The notes beneath the pieces were generated by a model that saw only the letters and a program-made list of their open reading frames with translations, was not told where the DNA came from and did not search any database. This document shows, in pieces, positions 15,023-25,641 of a DNA stretch of 64,000 bases (the stretch's first letter is position 1; the number at the start of each line of letters is the position of its first letter). Where the stretch lies: contig JBEKZS010000011.1 of assembly GCA_049509635.1 (NCBI GenBank), positions 141 through 64,140 on the forward strand, in the 5' to 3' direction. A program made the translations under genes and the position numbers. The DNA is from Roseiarcus sp. (GTDB lineage Bacteria; Pseudomonadota; Alphaproteobacteria; Rhizobiales; Beijerinckiaceae).

Positions 15023-15736
15023 GTGAACGCCTGCGGCGCCGTAAGGATTCGACAGCGCGACGCCGGCCGGCCCGCGAGGGCGGCTGTCCGCGCCGCCCTG
15101 TTGGGCCTGGCGATCGCATGCGGGCCGGCCGGCGCCTGGGCCCTCGCCCAATCCCCGCCCGATTACGCGGCCGCGGCGCGGGGGATCGTCGATTCCCAGG
15201 GTCTGCAGACCGCGTTTCCCAACCCGGCGCGCGCCGATCCGGCCTACACCTCCTGGATCGATCTCGACCTCACGCGCTGGCTGCTGTGGGGCGCCGTCGC
15301 CGCCGGCGCCGTCGTCCTCGCGCTGTACCTGGGCGACATCCTGCCGGGCGGGCGGCTCGCGCGGCGGGGCGGCTGGAGCGCCGAGGAAGCCGGACCGGGG
15401 CCGGCGGGCGCCGGCGCCGGGTTGGCCGCGCAGACCAGCGCCGACGAACTGGCGCGCCTCGGGCGGTTCGTCGAGGCGATGCACGTCCTCTTGCTGCAGG
15501 CGGTCGCCGACATGCACGGGCGCCTCGACCAGCGGATCGCCGATTCGCTGACGAGCCGCGAAATCCTCCGCCACGCCTCGGTCCCGCCGGTCGCCAGATC
15601 CGCTCTGGGCGAGATCATCGGCGCCGTCGAGCGCGCCTATTTCGGCGACCATCCGGCCGGCGAGAGCGAGTATCGGGCGTGCCGGAGCCATTTCTCGGTC
15701 TTTGCCGGCGCCCTGCGCGAGGGCCGGCGCGCATGA
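15023..15736 (+). CDS. DUF4129-domain membrane protein
   Basis: Signal-like N-terminus, one TM segment, C-terminal ADELARLGRFVEAMHVLL...DSLTSREIL...VERAYFG; start uncertain. Confidence 0.7.
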   Translation: MNACGAVRIRQRDAGRPARAAVRAALLGLAIACGPAGAWALAQSPPDYAAAARGIVDSQGLQTAFPNPARADPAYTSWIDLDLTRWLLWGAVAAGAVVLALYLGDILPGGRLARRGGWSAEEAGPGPAGAGAGLAAQTSADELARLGRFVEAMHVLLLQAVADMHGRLDQRIADSLTSREILRHASVPPVARSALGEIIGAVERAYFGDHPAGESEYRACRSHFSVFAGALREGRRA

Positions 15737-16945
15737 GCGAACAGAGCCTGTTCTCGCCGCGCGTTCTGCTGCTCTGGGTCTCGGCGCTGGCGGCGATCCT
15801 GGCTCTGTCGCTCTATCTGTTCGCCTTCGGCGACGGCGCCCCCGAGACCCGGGCGGTCGGCCCGAGCGCCTATTCGCGTTCGGCGATCGGCTATGCCGGG
15901 CTTGCCGAGCTGCTGCGGCGCGCCGGCGCGCCGGTGACCAGCAAACGGATCGGCTCCGTGTCGGACGAGGACGCCGACAGCCTGCTGATCCTCGCCGAGC
16001 CCGAGGCAGCCGCCCGCTACGAGGCGACCGGCTTCCAGTTCGGTCCCGCGCGCAACGTGCTGGTGATCCTGCCCAAATGGCTCGGCGAGCGCGACGCGCG
16101 TCATCCCGGCTGGATCGGCCATGTCGAGGCGGCGCCCGAGTCGAACGCCGACTGGGCGCTCTCGATCCTCGGCCTCGGCGGACGGGTCGAGCGCGGCGGG
16201 CGCGACGGGGCGCCGTTCGGCGCGCAACTGACGACCAATCGCCTGGGCGTCGAACCGCAACTGCCCGGCGATCTCCAATTGATCGTCGGCGGTTCGCTGG
16301 TCCCGATCCTGGCCACCGGCGCCGGCGTCATGATCGGCGAGAGCGTCTCGCGCGGGCGCCGCATCTGGGTCGTCGCCGACCCCGACATCCTGTCGAATCA
16401 CGGCCTGTTCGAGGGCGCGAACGCCCAATTCGCGGGCGCCTTGATCGACGCGCTGCGCGGCCCCGGCGGCCGGGTGGTGTTCGACGAGACGATCCACGGC
16501 TTTGCGGCGCCGGCGGCCAATCCGCTGCGCGCGCTGTTCGGATTCCCGTTCGTCGCGGCGACCCTCTACGGGCTGGCGGCGCTCGCCGTGGTCCTGTGGG
16601 CGGCGACGGGCCGGTTCGGCGCCCCCGAGCCCGCGCCCGTCCGCCTGCAGGCGGGCAAGCTCGGCCTGATCCGCAACGTCGCCGACCTCATCGCCCTGGC
16701 GGGCGGGCGGCAGGACGTAGCGATGAACTACCTGCGGCTGTCGGTCGACGACGCCGCGCGGCGGCTGCGCGCGCCCCGGGGCCTCGGCCTCGAGCGCCAG
16801 ATGGAATGGCTCGACCGGGTCGGCGCGGCGCGCGGGCTGAAAGCCGGCGTCGCAGAGATTGCGCGCCGCCTGGTCGGCCAGCGGCAGGACGCGGCGCTCG
16901 CGCGCGCGGCGCTCGACCTTCACCAGTGGAAGCAGGAGATTTTGC

Positions 16946-16956
<11 letters not shown>
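15733..16956 (+). CDS. DUF4350-domain protein
   Basis: N-terminal [40 protein letters not shown], second TM then RFGAP; ATG overlaps the DUF4129 stop. Confidence 0.75.
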
Positions 16957-17901
<945 letters not shown>

Positions 17902-17902
<1 letters not shown>

Positions 17903-19212
17903 TGAACCCGACCCCGCGCGCCGTGCTGCTGTTCGCCGCCGGCCTGCCGCTGGCGGTGCTGCTGGTGGTCGCGCGGCCGGGTCTGTGGGGGCTGGCGGTC
18001 GCCTATGGGCTCGTCGTGCTGACCGCGATCGCGATCGACGCCCTGCTCGGGGCGCCGCTGCGCGCGCTCGCGATCGCGCCGCAGGTTCCGCCGAGCGCCG
18101 CGATCGGCGAGAGCGTCGCGCTCGCCTTCGACTTCGCCGCCCGCCGGGCGCCGCGCGACGTGCGGCTCGATCTGCTGCTCGAGCGGCGCGGCGCGCTGGA
18201 AGCGTCCGAGGGCCAGGCGCTGACGCTCGCGCCGGGGATCGCCGCGCGCGCGCTGATGGCGCTGAAGCCGCTGCGCCGGGGGCAGATCCACGTCGACGCG
18301 CTCTGGCTGCGCTGGCGCGGGCCGCTCGGCCTGGCGGGTTTCGTGCGGCGCGTCGCGCTCGACCGGGTGATCGACATCCTGCCCAACGTGCGCGGCGTGC
18401 AGAGTGCGGCGTTGCAGTTCTTCGCCCATGACGCGATCTACGGCGTCAAGGCGCAGCGCCAGCGCGGCGAGGGTTCGGAATTCGAGGCGCTGCGCGAATA
18501 TGTCCCGGGCGCCGATCCCCGCCACATCGACTGGAAGCATTCGGCGCGCCACCGCAAGCTGCTGGTCAAGGAATTCGACACCGAGCGCAATCATCCGGTC
18601 GTCATCGCCTTCGACACCGGCCATCTCATGCTGGAGCCGATCGACGGGCTGCCGCGCATCGACCATGCGGTCAACGCCGGCCTGCTGCTGGGCTGGATCG
18701 GGCTGCGCGCGGGCGATCTGGTCGGCGCCTTCGGCTTCGACGCCCGGGTGCGGCTCTATCGCCCGCCCGCGCGCGGCCTCGCCAATTTCGCCCAGCTGCA
18801 GCGAGCCGCCGCGACGATCGCCTATCATTCCGAGGAGACCAATTTCACGCTCGCGCTCGCCGATCTGGAAAGCCGCCTCAAGCGGCGCAGCCTGGTCATC
18901 CTGTTCACCGAATTCGTCGACACGATCGCCGCCGAACTGCTGCTCGAGGCCCTGGGCCGGCTCGCCGGCAGGCATGTCGTCGTCCTGGTGACGCTGCGCG
19001 ATCCCGCCCTGCGCGCGCTCGCCGACCGCCGCCCCGACGATTTCGTGACGGTCGCGGAGGCGGTGATCTCGGGCAATTTCCAGCGCGAGCGCCAGACGGT
19101 GCTTGAGCGGATGGAGCGCATGGGGCTGCATTGCCTCGACGTCGCGGCGGGCGAACTGGGAATCGCGCTGATCAATCGCTACCTGATGATCAAGCAGCGG
19201 GGCCTGCTGTGA
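17902..19212 (+). CDS. DUF58 (VWA-like) membrane-anchored protein
   Basis: Two N-terminal TMs; [35 protein letters not shown]; AFDTGHLM; VILFTEF. Confidence 0.9.
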
Positions 19213-20264
19213 GCGCCGTGCCGATCGACGGCCCGCCGCCGCTCGACCCCGGCGAGCCGCGTCCGGCGATCGTCCTGCGCTCGAGCGAATTCCGGCGCGG
19301 GCGCGAACAGGGCTGGCGCGACCTCGAGGCGCTCGTCGACAAGGCCGAGCGGCGCGGCGTCGGCGCGCTCGACGTCGCGGAACTGCAGCGGCTGCCCCAG
19401 CTCTATCGCGCGACCCTGTCGTCGCTGTCGGTCGCGCGCACCATCGCGCTCGATCGCAATCTCCTGCAGTATGTCGACGCGCTGTCGCTGCGCGCCTATC
19501 TGACCGTCTACGGGCCCCGCCAGAGCCTGCTCGAGGGGGCGCGCGATTTCGTGACGCGCGGCTTTCCCGCCGCGGTGCGCGCATCGGTGTGGCCGATCCT
19601 GCTCGCCTTTCTGGCGATCCTCGCCGGGACGCTCGCCGGCTTCTGGCTGGTCACCGGCGACGAGGCCTGGCTGACGGCGCTCGTTCCCGACACCATGGCG
19701 GGCGGGCGGGGGGTCCATTCGACGCGCCAGCAGCTGCTCGACGACGAGATATTCGCGCCATGGCCGGGCTTCGCCAAGTCCTTCGTGGTGTTCGCCAATT
19801 TCCTGTTCCAGCACAATACGGTGATCGGGATCATGACCTTCGGGCTCGGCGTCGCGGCGGGCGCGCCGACCGTCCTGCTGCTCGCCTATCAGGGCCTCGT
19901 GTTCGGCGCCTTCATCGGGCTCCACTACGATCGCGGCCTGCTCGTCGATTTTCTCGGCTGGGTGTCGATCCATGGGGTCACCGAATTCGGCGCGATCATC
20001 CTGTGCGGGGCAGGGGGGCTCGTCATCGCCCGCAGCATCCTGTTTCCCGGCCGCCATTCCAGGATCGAGAATCTCGCGATCAACGGCCAGACCGCGGCGC
20101 GGCTGGCGGTCGGGGCGGTCGCGATGTTCTTCTTTGCCGGGCTCATCGAAGGCGGCCTGCGCCAGCTCGTCGCCAGCACCGGCGGCCGGCTGGCGTTTTC
20201 GGCGATGACCGCCCTCGTCTGGGGCTCCTATTTCACCTTCGCCGGCCGGAGTCCGCGCCGATGA
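19209..20264 (+). CDS. Stage II sporulation protein M (SpoIIM/DUF95)-like membrane protein
   Basis: LYRATLSSLSVAR, FLFQHNTVIGIMTF, WVSIHGVTEFGAI, FAGLIEG; GTG overlaps the DUF58 stop. Confidence 0.85.
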   Translation: MSAVPIDGPPPLDPGEPRPAIVLRSSEFRRGREQGWRDLEALVDKAERRGVGALDVAELQRLPQLYRATLSSLSVARTIALDRNLLQYVDALSLRAYLTVYGPRQSLLEGARDFVTRGFPAAVRASVWPILLAFLAILAGTLAGFWLVTGDEAWLTALVPDTMAGGRGVHSTRQQLLDDEIFAPWPGFAKSFVVFANFLFQHNTVIGIMTFGLGVAAGAPTVLLLAYQGLVFGAFIGLHYDRGLLVDFLGWVSIHGVTEFGAIILCGAGGLVIARSILFPGRHSRIENLAINGQTAARLAVGAVAMFFFAGLIEGGLRQLVASTGGRLAFSAMTALVWGSYFTFAGRSPRR

Positions 20265-21139
20265 CCGCCTCCACCGACCGGGTCGACCAATTGCTCGGCG
20301 GCGCCGTCCGCAGCCGGCGCGAGATCGTCACGCCCGAGGGGGTCGCGCTGCACGTCGAACTCGCCGAACATGGCGAGCGCGCCGCCGCCTTCCTGATCGA
20401 CATGACGATCTGGCTCGGCGTCGCGATCTTCAGCTATCTCGTCGTCGTCGCCGTGCTCGTCCAGACGCACGCGATCGGCGTCGCGGTCACGATCGTGCTG
20501 TTCATCGGCTTCTTCGTGCGCAATCTCTACTTCATCTATTTCGAACTCGCCTGGCAGGGCGCGACGCCCGGCAAGCGGATCAACCGGCTGCGCGTGATCG
20601 ACCGCGCGGGGGGTCCATTGACCGCGGGCGCGGTGATCGCGCGCAACCTGACGCGCGAGGTCGAGGTCTTCCTGCCGCTGGGAGTGATCCTCGCGGGGGC
20701 CGCCGGCGGCGCCGCCAATGTCGTGCTCGGCGTCTGGCTGCTGCTGCTGACCGCGATGCCGCTGTTCAACCGCGACCGCATGCGCGGCGGCGACCTCATC
20801 GCCGGCACCATCGTGATCGCCCTGCCCAAGCGGCTTCTGCTCGCCGATCTCGCCGAGGCGCGCGCGGCCTATGCGTTCACCAGCGCCCAGCTCGCCGCCT
20901 ATGGCGCCTTCGAGCTGCAGGTGCTCGAGGAGCTGCTGCGCAAGCCGCGCACCCACGAGAGCGTACAGGCGCTCGAGGACGTGAGCGCGCGCATCCGGCG
21001 CAGGATCGGCTGGAGCGGACCGCCGCCGCAGCGGACGGTCGAGTTCCTCACCGAATTCTACGCCGCCGAGCGCGCCTATCTCGAGCGCGAACAGCTCTAC
21101 GGGCGCGCGCGCGCCGACAAGAACGCGCCCGCGGGTTAG
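20261..21139 (+). CDS. RDD-family membrane protein with C-terminal soluble extension
   Basis: IVTPEGVAL, RAAAFLID, YFELAWQGATPGKR, RNLTRE, RGGDLIAGTIVI. Confidence 0.9.
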   Translation: MTASTDRVDQLLGGAVRSRREIVTPEGVALHVELAEHGERAAAFLIDMTIWLGVAIFSYLVVVAVLVQTHAIGVAVTIVLFIGFFVRNLYFIYFELAWQGATPGKRINRLRVIDRAGGPLTAGAVIARNLTREVEVFLPLGVILAGAAGGAANVVLGVWLLLLTAMPLFNRDRMRGGDLIAGTIVIALPKRLLLADLAEARAAYAFTSAQLAAYGAFELQVLEELLRKPRTHESVQALEDVSARIRRRIGWSGPPPQRTVEFLTEFYAAERAYLEREQLYGRARADKNAPAG

Positions 21140-22041
21140 TCGAACGCGCTCGCGAGCTGCTCGGCGTCGACGCCCTCGCGGGCGGCGCGCAGGTGAACAT
21201 AGAGAACCCCGAGCGCGACCTGACCGAAGGCGCCGAACTGGACTCCGAGGGGGAAGACGAAGACGACGCACAGGGCGTGGCCGGGAGTCGACGCGAACCG
21301 GACGAGATAGAAGACGAGATAGAAGACGAGCGCGGGGCTCAGATCCAACACGAGGAGGATGCCGACGACGCGCCACCGGTCGCCCTTGGTCAGCTCGACG
21401 CTGCGCCAAAGGCTCTCCAGCGGCCCCAGCCCCTCGACGACGCCGACGGGAATTGCGACCGCGAACAAGCTCATGACGATCACGCCGGCAATGGTCACGG
21501 CGGCGAATCCCAGCTCCAGCCGCGGCCCGTCGAGGAGCATCGCGCCGTGTAGCGGAGGCAATATTCTCGAGACGGCAACGGTCAGCACGGCCGCTCCCAG
21601 CATGCGGCACAGCTCATAAAGCAGCTTCACGATGATCGACGAACGCGATCGCGACAGCGCGGAGGCGAACGCCTCGTCGAGGGAGACGTCCCGATGCCTG
21701 GCGTCCTGGAACGCCATCAAGCAGATCGCCGCATGGGCGACGGCGAAGGAGGCGGCCTCAGCGCAGCAGATGGTGACGATCGCGACGATGGAGCTGCCGG
21801 ACGTGAGGAACGCCCAGGGACTGGCCGCAACCCCCCACGCAAATCCGAGAGTCGCGAATAGTGCTGTCGTAACGACGATGCCCGTCACCGAGGTGGCCAT
21901 GACGATCGCGCCGCAACACCCGCGCCAGCGCCCCGCGAATATCGCGAACGCCTGGGTCAACACGTCGCCGAGGTTGATCGTCGAAGGCCGGCGCGCCGGA
22001 ATGCGCGAGCGCCCGAACGTCGTCGCCGAAGGATAGGCCAT
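21136..22041 (-). CDS. Multi-pass membrane protein, paralog A (YciC/GPDPase-membrane-like; DUF7544-like)
   Basis: LGDVLTQAFAIFAGRW, VEGLGPLESLWRSVELTKGDRWR, LYVHLRAAREGVDAEQLASAFD. Confidence 0.75.
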   Translation of the reverse strand: MAYPSATTFGRSRIPARRPSTINLGDVLTQAFAIFAGRWRGCCGAIVMATSVTGIVVTTALFATLGFAWGVAASPWAFLTSGSSIVAIVTICCAEAASFAVAHAAICLMAFQDARHRDVSLDEAFASALSRSRSSIIVKLLYELCRMLGAAVLTVAVSRILPPLHGAMLLDGPRLELGFAAVTIAGVIVMSLFAVAIPVGVVEGLGPLESLWRSVELTKGDRWRVVGILLVLDLSPALVFYLVFYLVRFASTPGHALCVVFVFPLGVQFGAFGQVALGVLYVHLRAAREGVDAEQLASAFD

Positions 22042-22086
22042 TTCAGTCTCCCGCACTTCCTTTCGGGCAAGCTGGGGCGAAACCCG

Positions 22087-22144
22087 TTCAACAAGGCTTA
22101 AGAAACCGAAGCGCCGCGGCGCGGCGCTGCGGAGACGGTTAAGG
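22087..22144 (-). promoter_or_regulatory. Upstream element of paralog A, similar to 25408-25463
   Basis: Minus strand CTTAACC-N34-CTTAAG-CC-TTGTTGA with a GC hairpin (AGCGCCGC/GCGGCGCT) in the spacer; ends 46 nt before the ATG. Confidence 0.45.
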
Positions 22145-22792
22145 CCCGGCGCCGGCCCGCGCCGGAGCGCCGTTCAGCCCATGGCGGCGATCGGCCCGCG
22201 GCCCGTCCGCGCCGCCCGGGTCCGGGTGCGGTGAAGCTTTTGGAAATCCATTTTCTGGGGTTTTGAGCGATTTCAAGCGCTTGCGGGCAAAAAGAAACCG
22301 TTTGGAGGCGCCCGCGCTGTTTCGTCGCTCGAACCGCCGCGGGAGCGGCGGCGATTGAACGAGGACGAATGGCGCCGCGAACGAACCAGACGCGCCAACC
22401 GCGAGCATCGCCTCGTTGGACGCTTGTCGATGTTGAAAGAGCGTGCGCCGTGGGAGTTACGCAAGGATCGACCCCTTTCGAATTCCGGTCACGATTCCCC
22501 GACCAGCCGCCGCCCGGCCCGCGCCCCGAGTATGCGGAGCATGTCAGGAAAATTAGAACATGACAACCAGAAATTCCGATAAGGAGAATAAATGAGGCGT
22601 GGCGCTGGGAGCGGCCAGCGGCGCCGACCGAGCGGGGACGGGCGCCCGCCCGGCGTGAGCGCCGCGACGACCCACCGTGCCGGCCGATTGCTGCGCGCGC
22701 ATCCCGTGATTGCCGGCGCTACCGAGACGTGCGCTGATGCCGGCCCACAGGAGGAGTTCACAGATCGCGCCAGTTTCCACGACGCACCCCCA

Positions 22793-23470
22793 CTAGTCGA
22801 AAACCCGTCCGACCTCATCGACGTCGACGCCCTCGCGCGCGCCGCGCAGCCGGGCGTAGAGCACGGCGATCGTCACCGCGGTGAAGACGCCGACGGCGAT
22901 CCGGAACGGGGCCGAGACGACCGTCGCGGCGCGCTCGCCGGCGAGGCGAATCGTCGCCTCTGCGACCAACGCGTCGACCACCCCGCCGCCGCCGTAGAGC
23001 AGGACGAGCAGCCCGAACACGCGCCAGCGATTGCCCGTGGTCAGGAATGCGCTGCGCGCGAGGCTGCGAATCGGCCCCAGTTGCTCGACGACGCAGGCAG
23101 GGATCGCGACTGCGGCGAGAGACAGCGCCAGCCGCCCGGGAGCGATGAGAACCAGTCCGAGCGCCGCGCCGAAGGCGACCGCGGCGGCCGCGAGCGCGGA
23201 GCAGACGAGCGCGAAGATGGCGGGCTATGTCGGGATATCGAGCCGGGGCGGCGAGGCTTCCATTTGCGAGAGATCGCCCACCTGCACGACCAAATCGGGC
23301 GGCCAGGTCGCGGCCGCGAACAGCGCGGCGCCGGGCGCCATCATCGCGCGGAAGCCGAGCCCGCGCGCGGCGAACAGTCGCGACGCCGCGGACAGCACGT
23401 CGCCGACGCGGACCACGGTCGGCGCGCCGTCGCGCGTCAGGTCCAGGCCGCTCGGCGCGAGATCGGCCAT
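22793..23470 (-). pseudogene. Membrane protein paralog B interrupted by one in-frame TAG
   Basis: Manual translation: MADLAP...VRVGDVLSAASRLFAAR...RLDIPT*PAIFALVC...AIPACVVEQLGPIRSLARSAFLTTGNRWRVFG...LYARLRGAREGVDVDEVGRVFD; TAG at 23225-23227, no frameshift. Confidence 0.8.
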
Positions 23471-23493
23471 CGCCCGTCCCTCGGGGGCGGCGA

Positions 23494-24225
23494 CTAGTCG
23501 AACACCGCTGCGATCGCCTCGATGTCGACGCCTTCGCGGGCGACGCGCAACTGGTGGTAGAGCACGCCCGCGGTCACCGCACGGAACGCGCCCGCCGCCG
23601 ATTCGACGAGGTAGAGCGCGAGGGCGGCCAGCAGCGGGCCGCCGGCCAGCGGGGCCAGCGCGCCGACGATGACGAAGACGAGCATGAAGGCGAGGACGAC
23701 CAGCGCGAAGACGCCGAATATGCGCCAGCGGGCGCCCTTGGTCAGGGCCGCGCTGCGGCTCATGCTGTCGAACGCCCCGCGCCGCTCGACGACGCAGACC
23801 GGGAGCGCGATCGCATACATGCACCAGACGATGACGCCTGGAATCACCAGCAGGATCGTGGCCAGCCCTACGCTGAAGCCCAACACGAGCGACAGGCCGA
23901 TGACCGGGCCGAGGCGCGCGAATCCGGCGCTCAGCGATTCCGCGACCGTAAAACCGCGTCCGCGCAATTGCTGGACGACGCCGTAGATGATTGCGGCGTC
24001 GGCGAACGACGCGCAGGAGATCTGAAGAACAGTCCCGATGATTCCAGCGCCGACGCCCTTCGCAACGACCAGGCCGAACAGGAACCGGGGCGCGAAGGCG
24101 ATCAGCGAAAGCCCCATGAACGGCGCCCAGCGGGCGGCGAACACGCCCCAAGCCTGGTTCAGGACGTCGCCGACGCGGATCCCGGGCGCCTCGCTGATGC
24201 GGGCGCCGGCGAAGGAATCAACCAT
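23494..24225 (-). CDS. Multi-pass membrane protein, paralog C
   Basis: IRVGDVLNQAWGVFAARW, VVERRGAFDSMSRSAALTKGARWR, LYHQLRVAREGVDIEAIAAVFD; GAGGGG RBS. Confidence 0.85.
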   Translation of the reverse strand: MVDSFAGARISEAPGIRVGDVLNQAWGVFAARWAPFMGLSLIAFAPRFLFGLVVAKGVGAGIIGTVLQISCASFADAAIIYGVVQQLRGRGFTVAESLSAGFARLGPVIGLSLVLGFSVGLATILLVIPGVIVWCMYAIALPVCVVERRGAFDSMSRSAALTKGARWRIFGVFALVVLAFMLVFVIVGALAPLAGGPLLAALALYLVESAAGAFRAVTAGVLYHQLRVAREGVDIEAIAAVFD

Positions 24226-24544
24226 CAAATCCCCCTCTTTGCAGTCGAACCCTCGACGAGCGCCAGACTGACGCGTCCGCGCGCGCCTGTCGAGCGCGGG
24301 CGCCGCGCGGATCGGGCTCCGACGCGCAGCGCTTACGGGACGGCGGCGGGCGCATCGGCCGGCCGACGCCCCGAGGCCCGGTCGAAGCCGCCCGGGACGC
24401 CGATGAACGACCGCGCGCGATCGCGGCCCGGCGCGAAGGCCGCAGGTGATGGATGGGTCATGGGCTCGACCTCTGTCGTCGATCGAGGGCGATCGGGGCG
24501 CGGGGTCCGGCCAGGCCGCCCGAGGCCGGCCGGCGCCCGTCCGC

Positions 24545-25351
24545 CTAGTCGAACACGCGGGCGATCTGCTCGATGGCGACGCCTTCGCGCGCGGCGCGCA
24601 ACTGGAAATAGAGGGCGGCGGTGACCACGGTTCCCAGCGCGCCGGATACCGCCTGGACGGGCAAGTCGAGCAGCAGAGCAACGCTCGGGCCCGCCATGAA
24701 ATCGGCGAGACGCAGCAACAACTGGCAGACGATTCCCACGCCGAAAACGAGCGCCAGGATCAGTCCCAGCACCCGCCAGCGGTTGCCCTTCGTCAGATAG
24801 GCGCTGCGCGACAGGCTCTTGACCGGCCCGAGCCGCTCGATGAGGCAGGCGGGAATGGCGACCGCGAACATGCAGAAGACGATGACGCCGGGAATCAGGA
24901 ACAGCAGGGAGGCGAACAAGCCGGCGAGCCCGCCGAGGATCGTCAGGCCCACGACGGCGGGCGATCGCCGCAGCGCCGCGCCGAGCGCCTGGCCCACGGA
25001 CAGACGGCTGCCGGCGATATCGTGGGAGACGAGCGCATAGCCGGCGACCCAGGCGAGCAGCGCCCATGCGAACGCCGCCAGGCCGACGACGACGATCGCG
25101 CCGACAAGGACGGCGGAATTGACATCCGTGAGATCGTCGCGCAGGACCGTCGGGAGGCGCTGCGACACGCCCGGCAAATTCATGGCGCCCGCGCCCGCGA
25201 ACGGGACATATCCGACGAGCGCGAGGCCGCAATAGGTCGGCCAGCGCGACGCGAACAGCCGCATCGACCGGCTGAAGACATCCCCGAGGCTGATCGCGGT
25301 CGGCGCGCGCTCAGGCGCCTGGGAGAAGGACGTCGCGGCGATATCGGTCAT
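24545..25351 (-). CDS. Multi-pass membrane protein, paralog D
   Basis: ISLGDVFSRSMRLFASRW, LIERLGPVKSLSRSAYLTKGNRWR, LYFQLRAAREGVAIEQIARVFD. Confidence 0.85.
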   Translation of the reverse strand: MTDIAATSFSQAPERAPTAISLGDVFSRSMRLFASRWPTYCGLALVGYVPFAGAGAMNLPGVSQRLPTVLRDDLTDVNSAVLVGAIVVVGLAAFAWALLAWVAGYALVSHDIAGSRLSVGQALGAALRRSPAVVGLTILGGLAGLFASLLFLIPGVIVFCMFAVAIPACLIERLGPVKSLSRSAYLTKGNRWRVLGLILALVFGVGIVCQLLLRLADFMAGPSVALLLDLPVQAVSGALGTVVTAALYFQLRAAREGVAIEQIARVFD

Positions 25352-25407
25352 TTCGGGCGCTTCCGGACGTCCCCATGGACGGTCGGATCACGCTGACTCG
25401 GGCGCCC

Positions 25408-25463
25408 TCAACAAACGCCTAAGGTTCGAGCGCCGGCGGATGCCCGCCGCCAACGGGGTTAAG
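25408..25463 (-). promoter_or_regulatory. Upstream element of paralog D, similar to 22087-22144
   Basis: Minus strand CTTAACC-N33-CTTAGG-CGT-TTGTTGA with a GC hairpin (CGGCGG/CCGCCG) in the spacer; ends 57 nt before the ATG. Confidence 0.45.
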
Positions 25464-25641
25464 AAATGGCGGCGCGCCGCCGTACCGCTCCACCGTCCCG
25501 ACCTCAGCAGCTCGCGCCGGCCATCCCCGCCGTCGGGCGGGCCGCGCCCGAAAGTCATCGGTGGCGGGAGCGCCTCGCCGTGAGGGTTCGCGCGATCCGT
25601 CGCGGTCGCCGCGCGGCGCCCCGGAAGACCCGCTCCTCGCC

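Noticed and set aside
22592-23497. 301-aa + strand ORF with a good RBS, considered as a protein-coding gene
   Set aside because: It is in-phase antisense to paralog B and low in complexity; kept only as a note in the spacer finding
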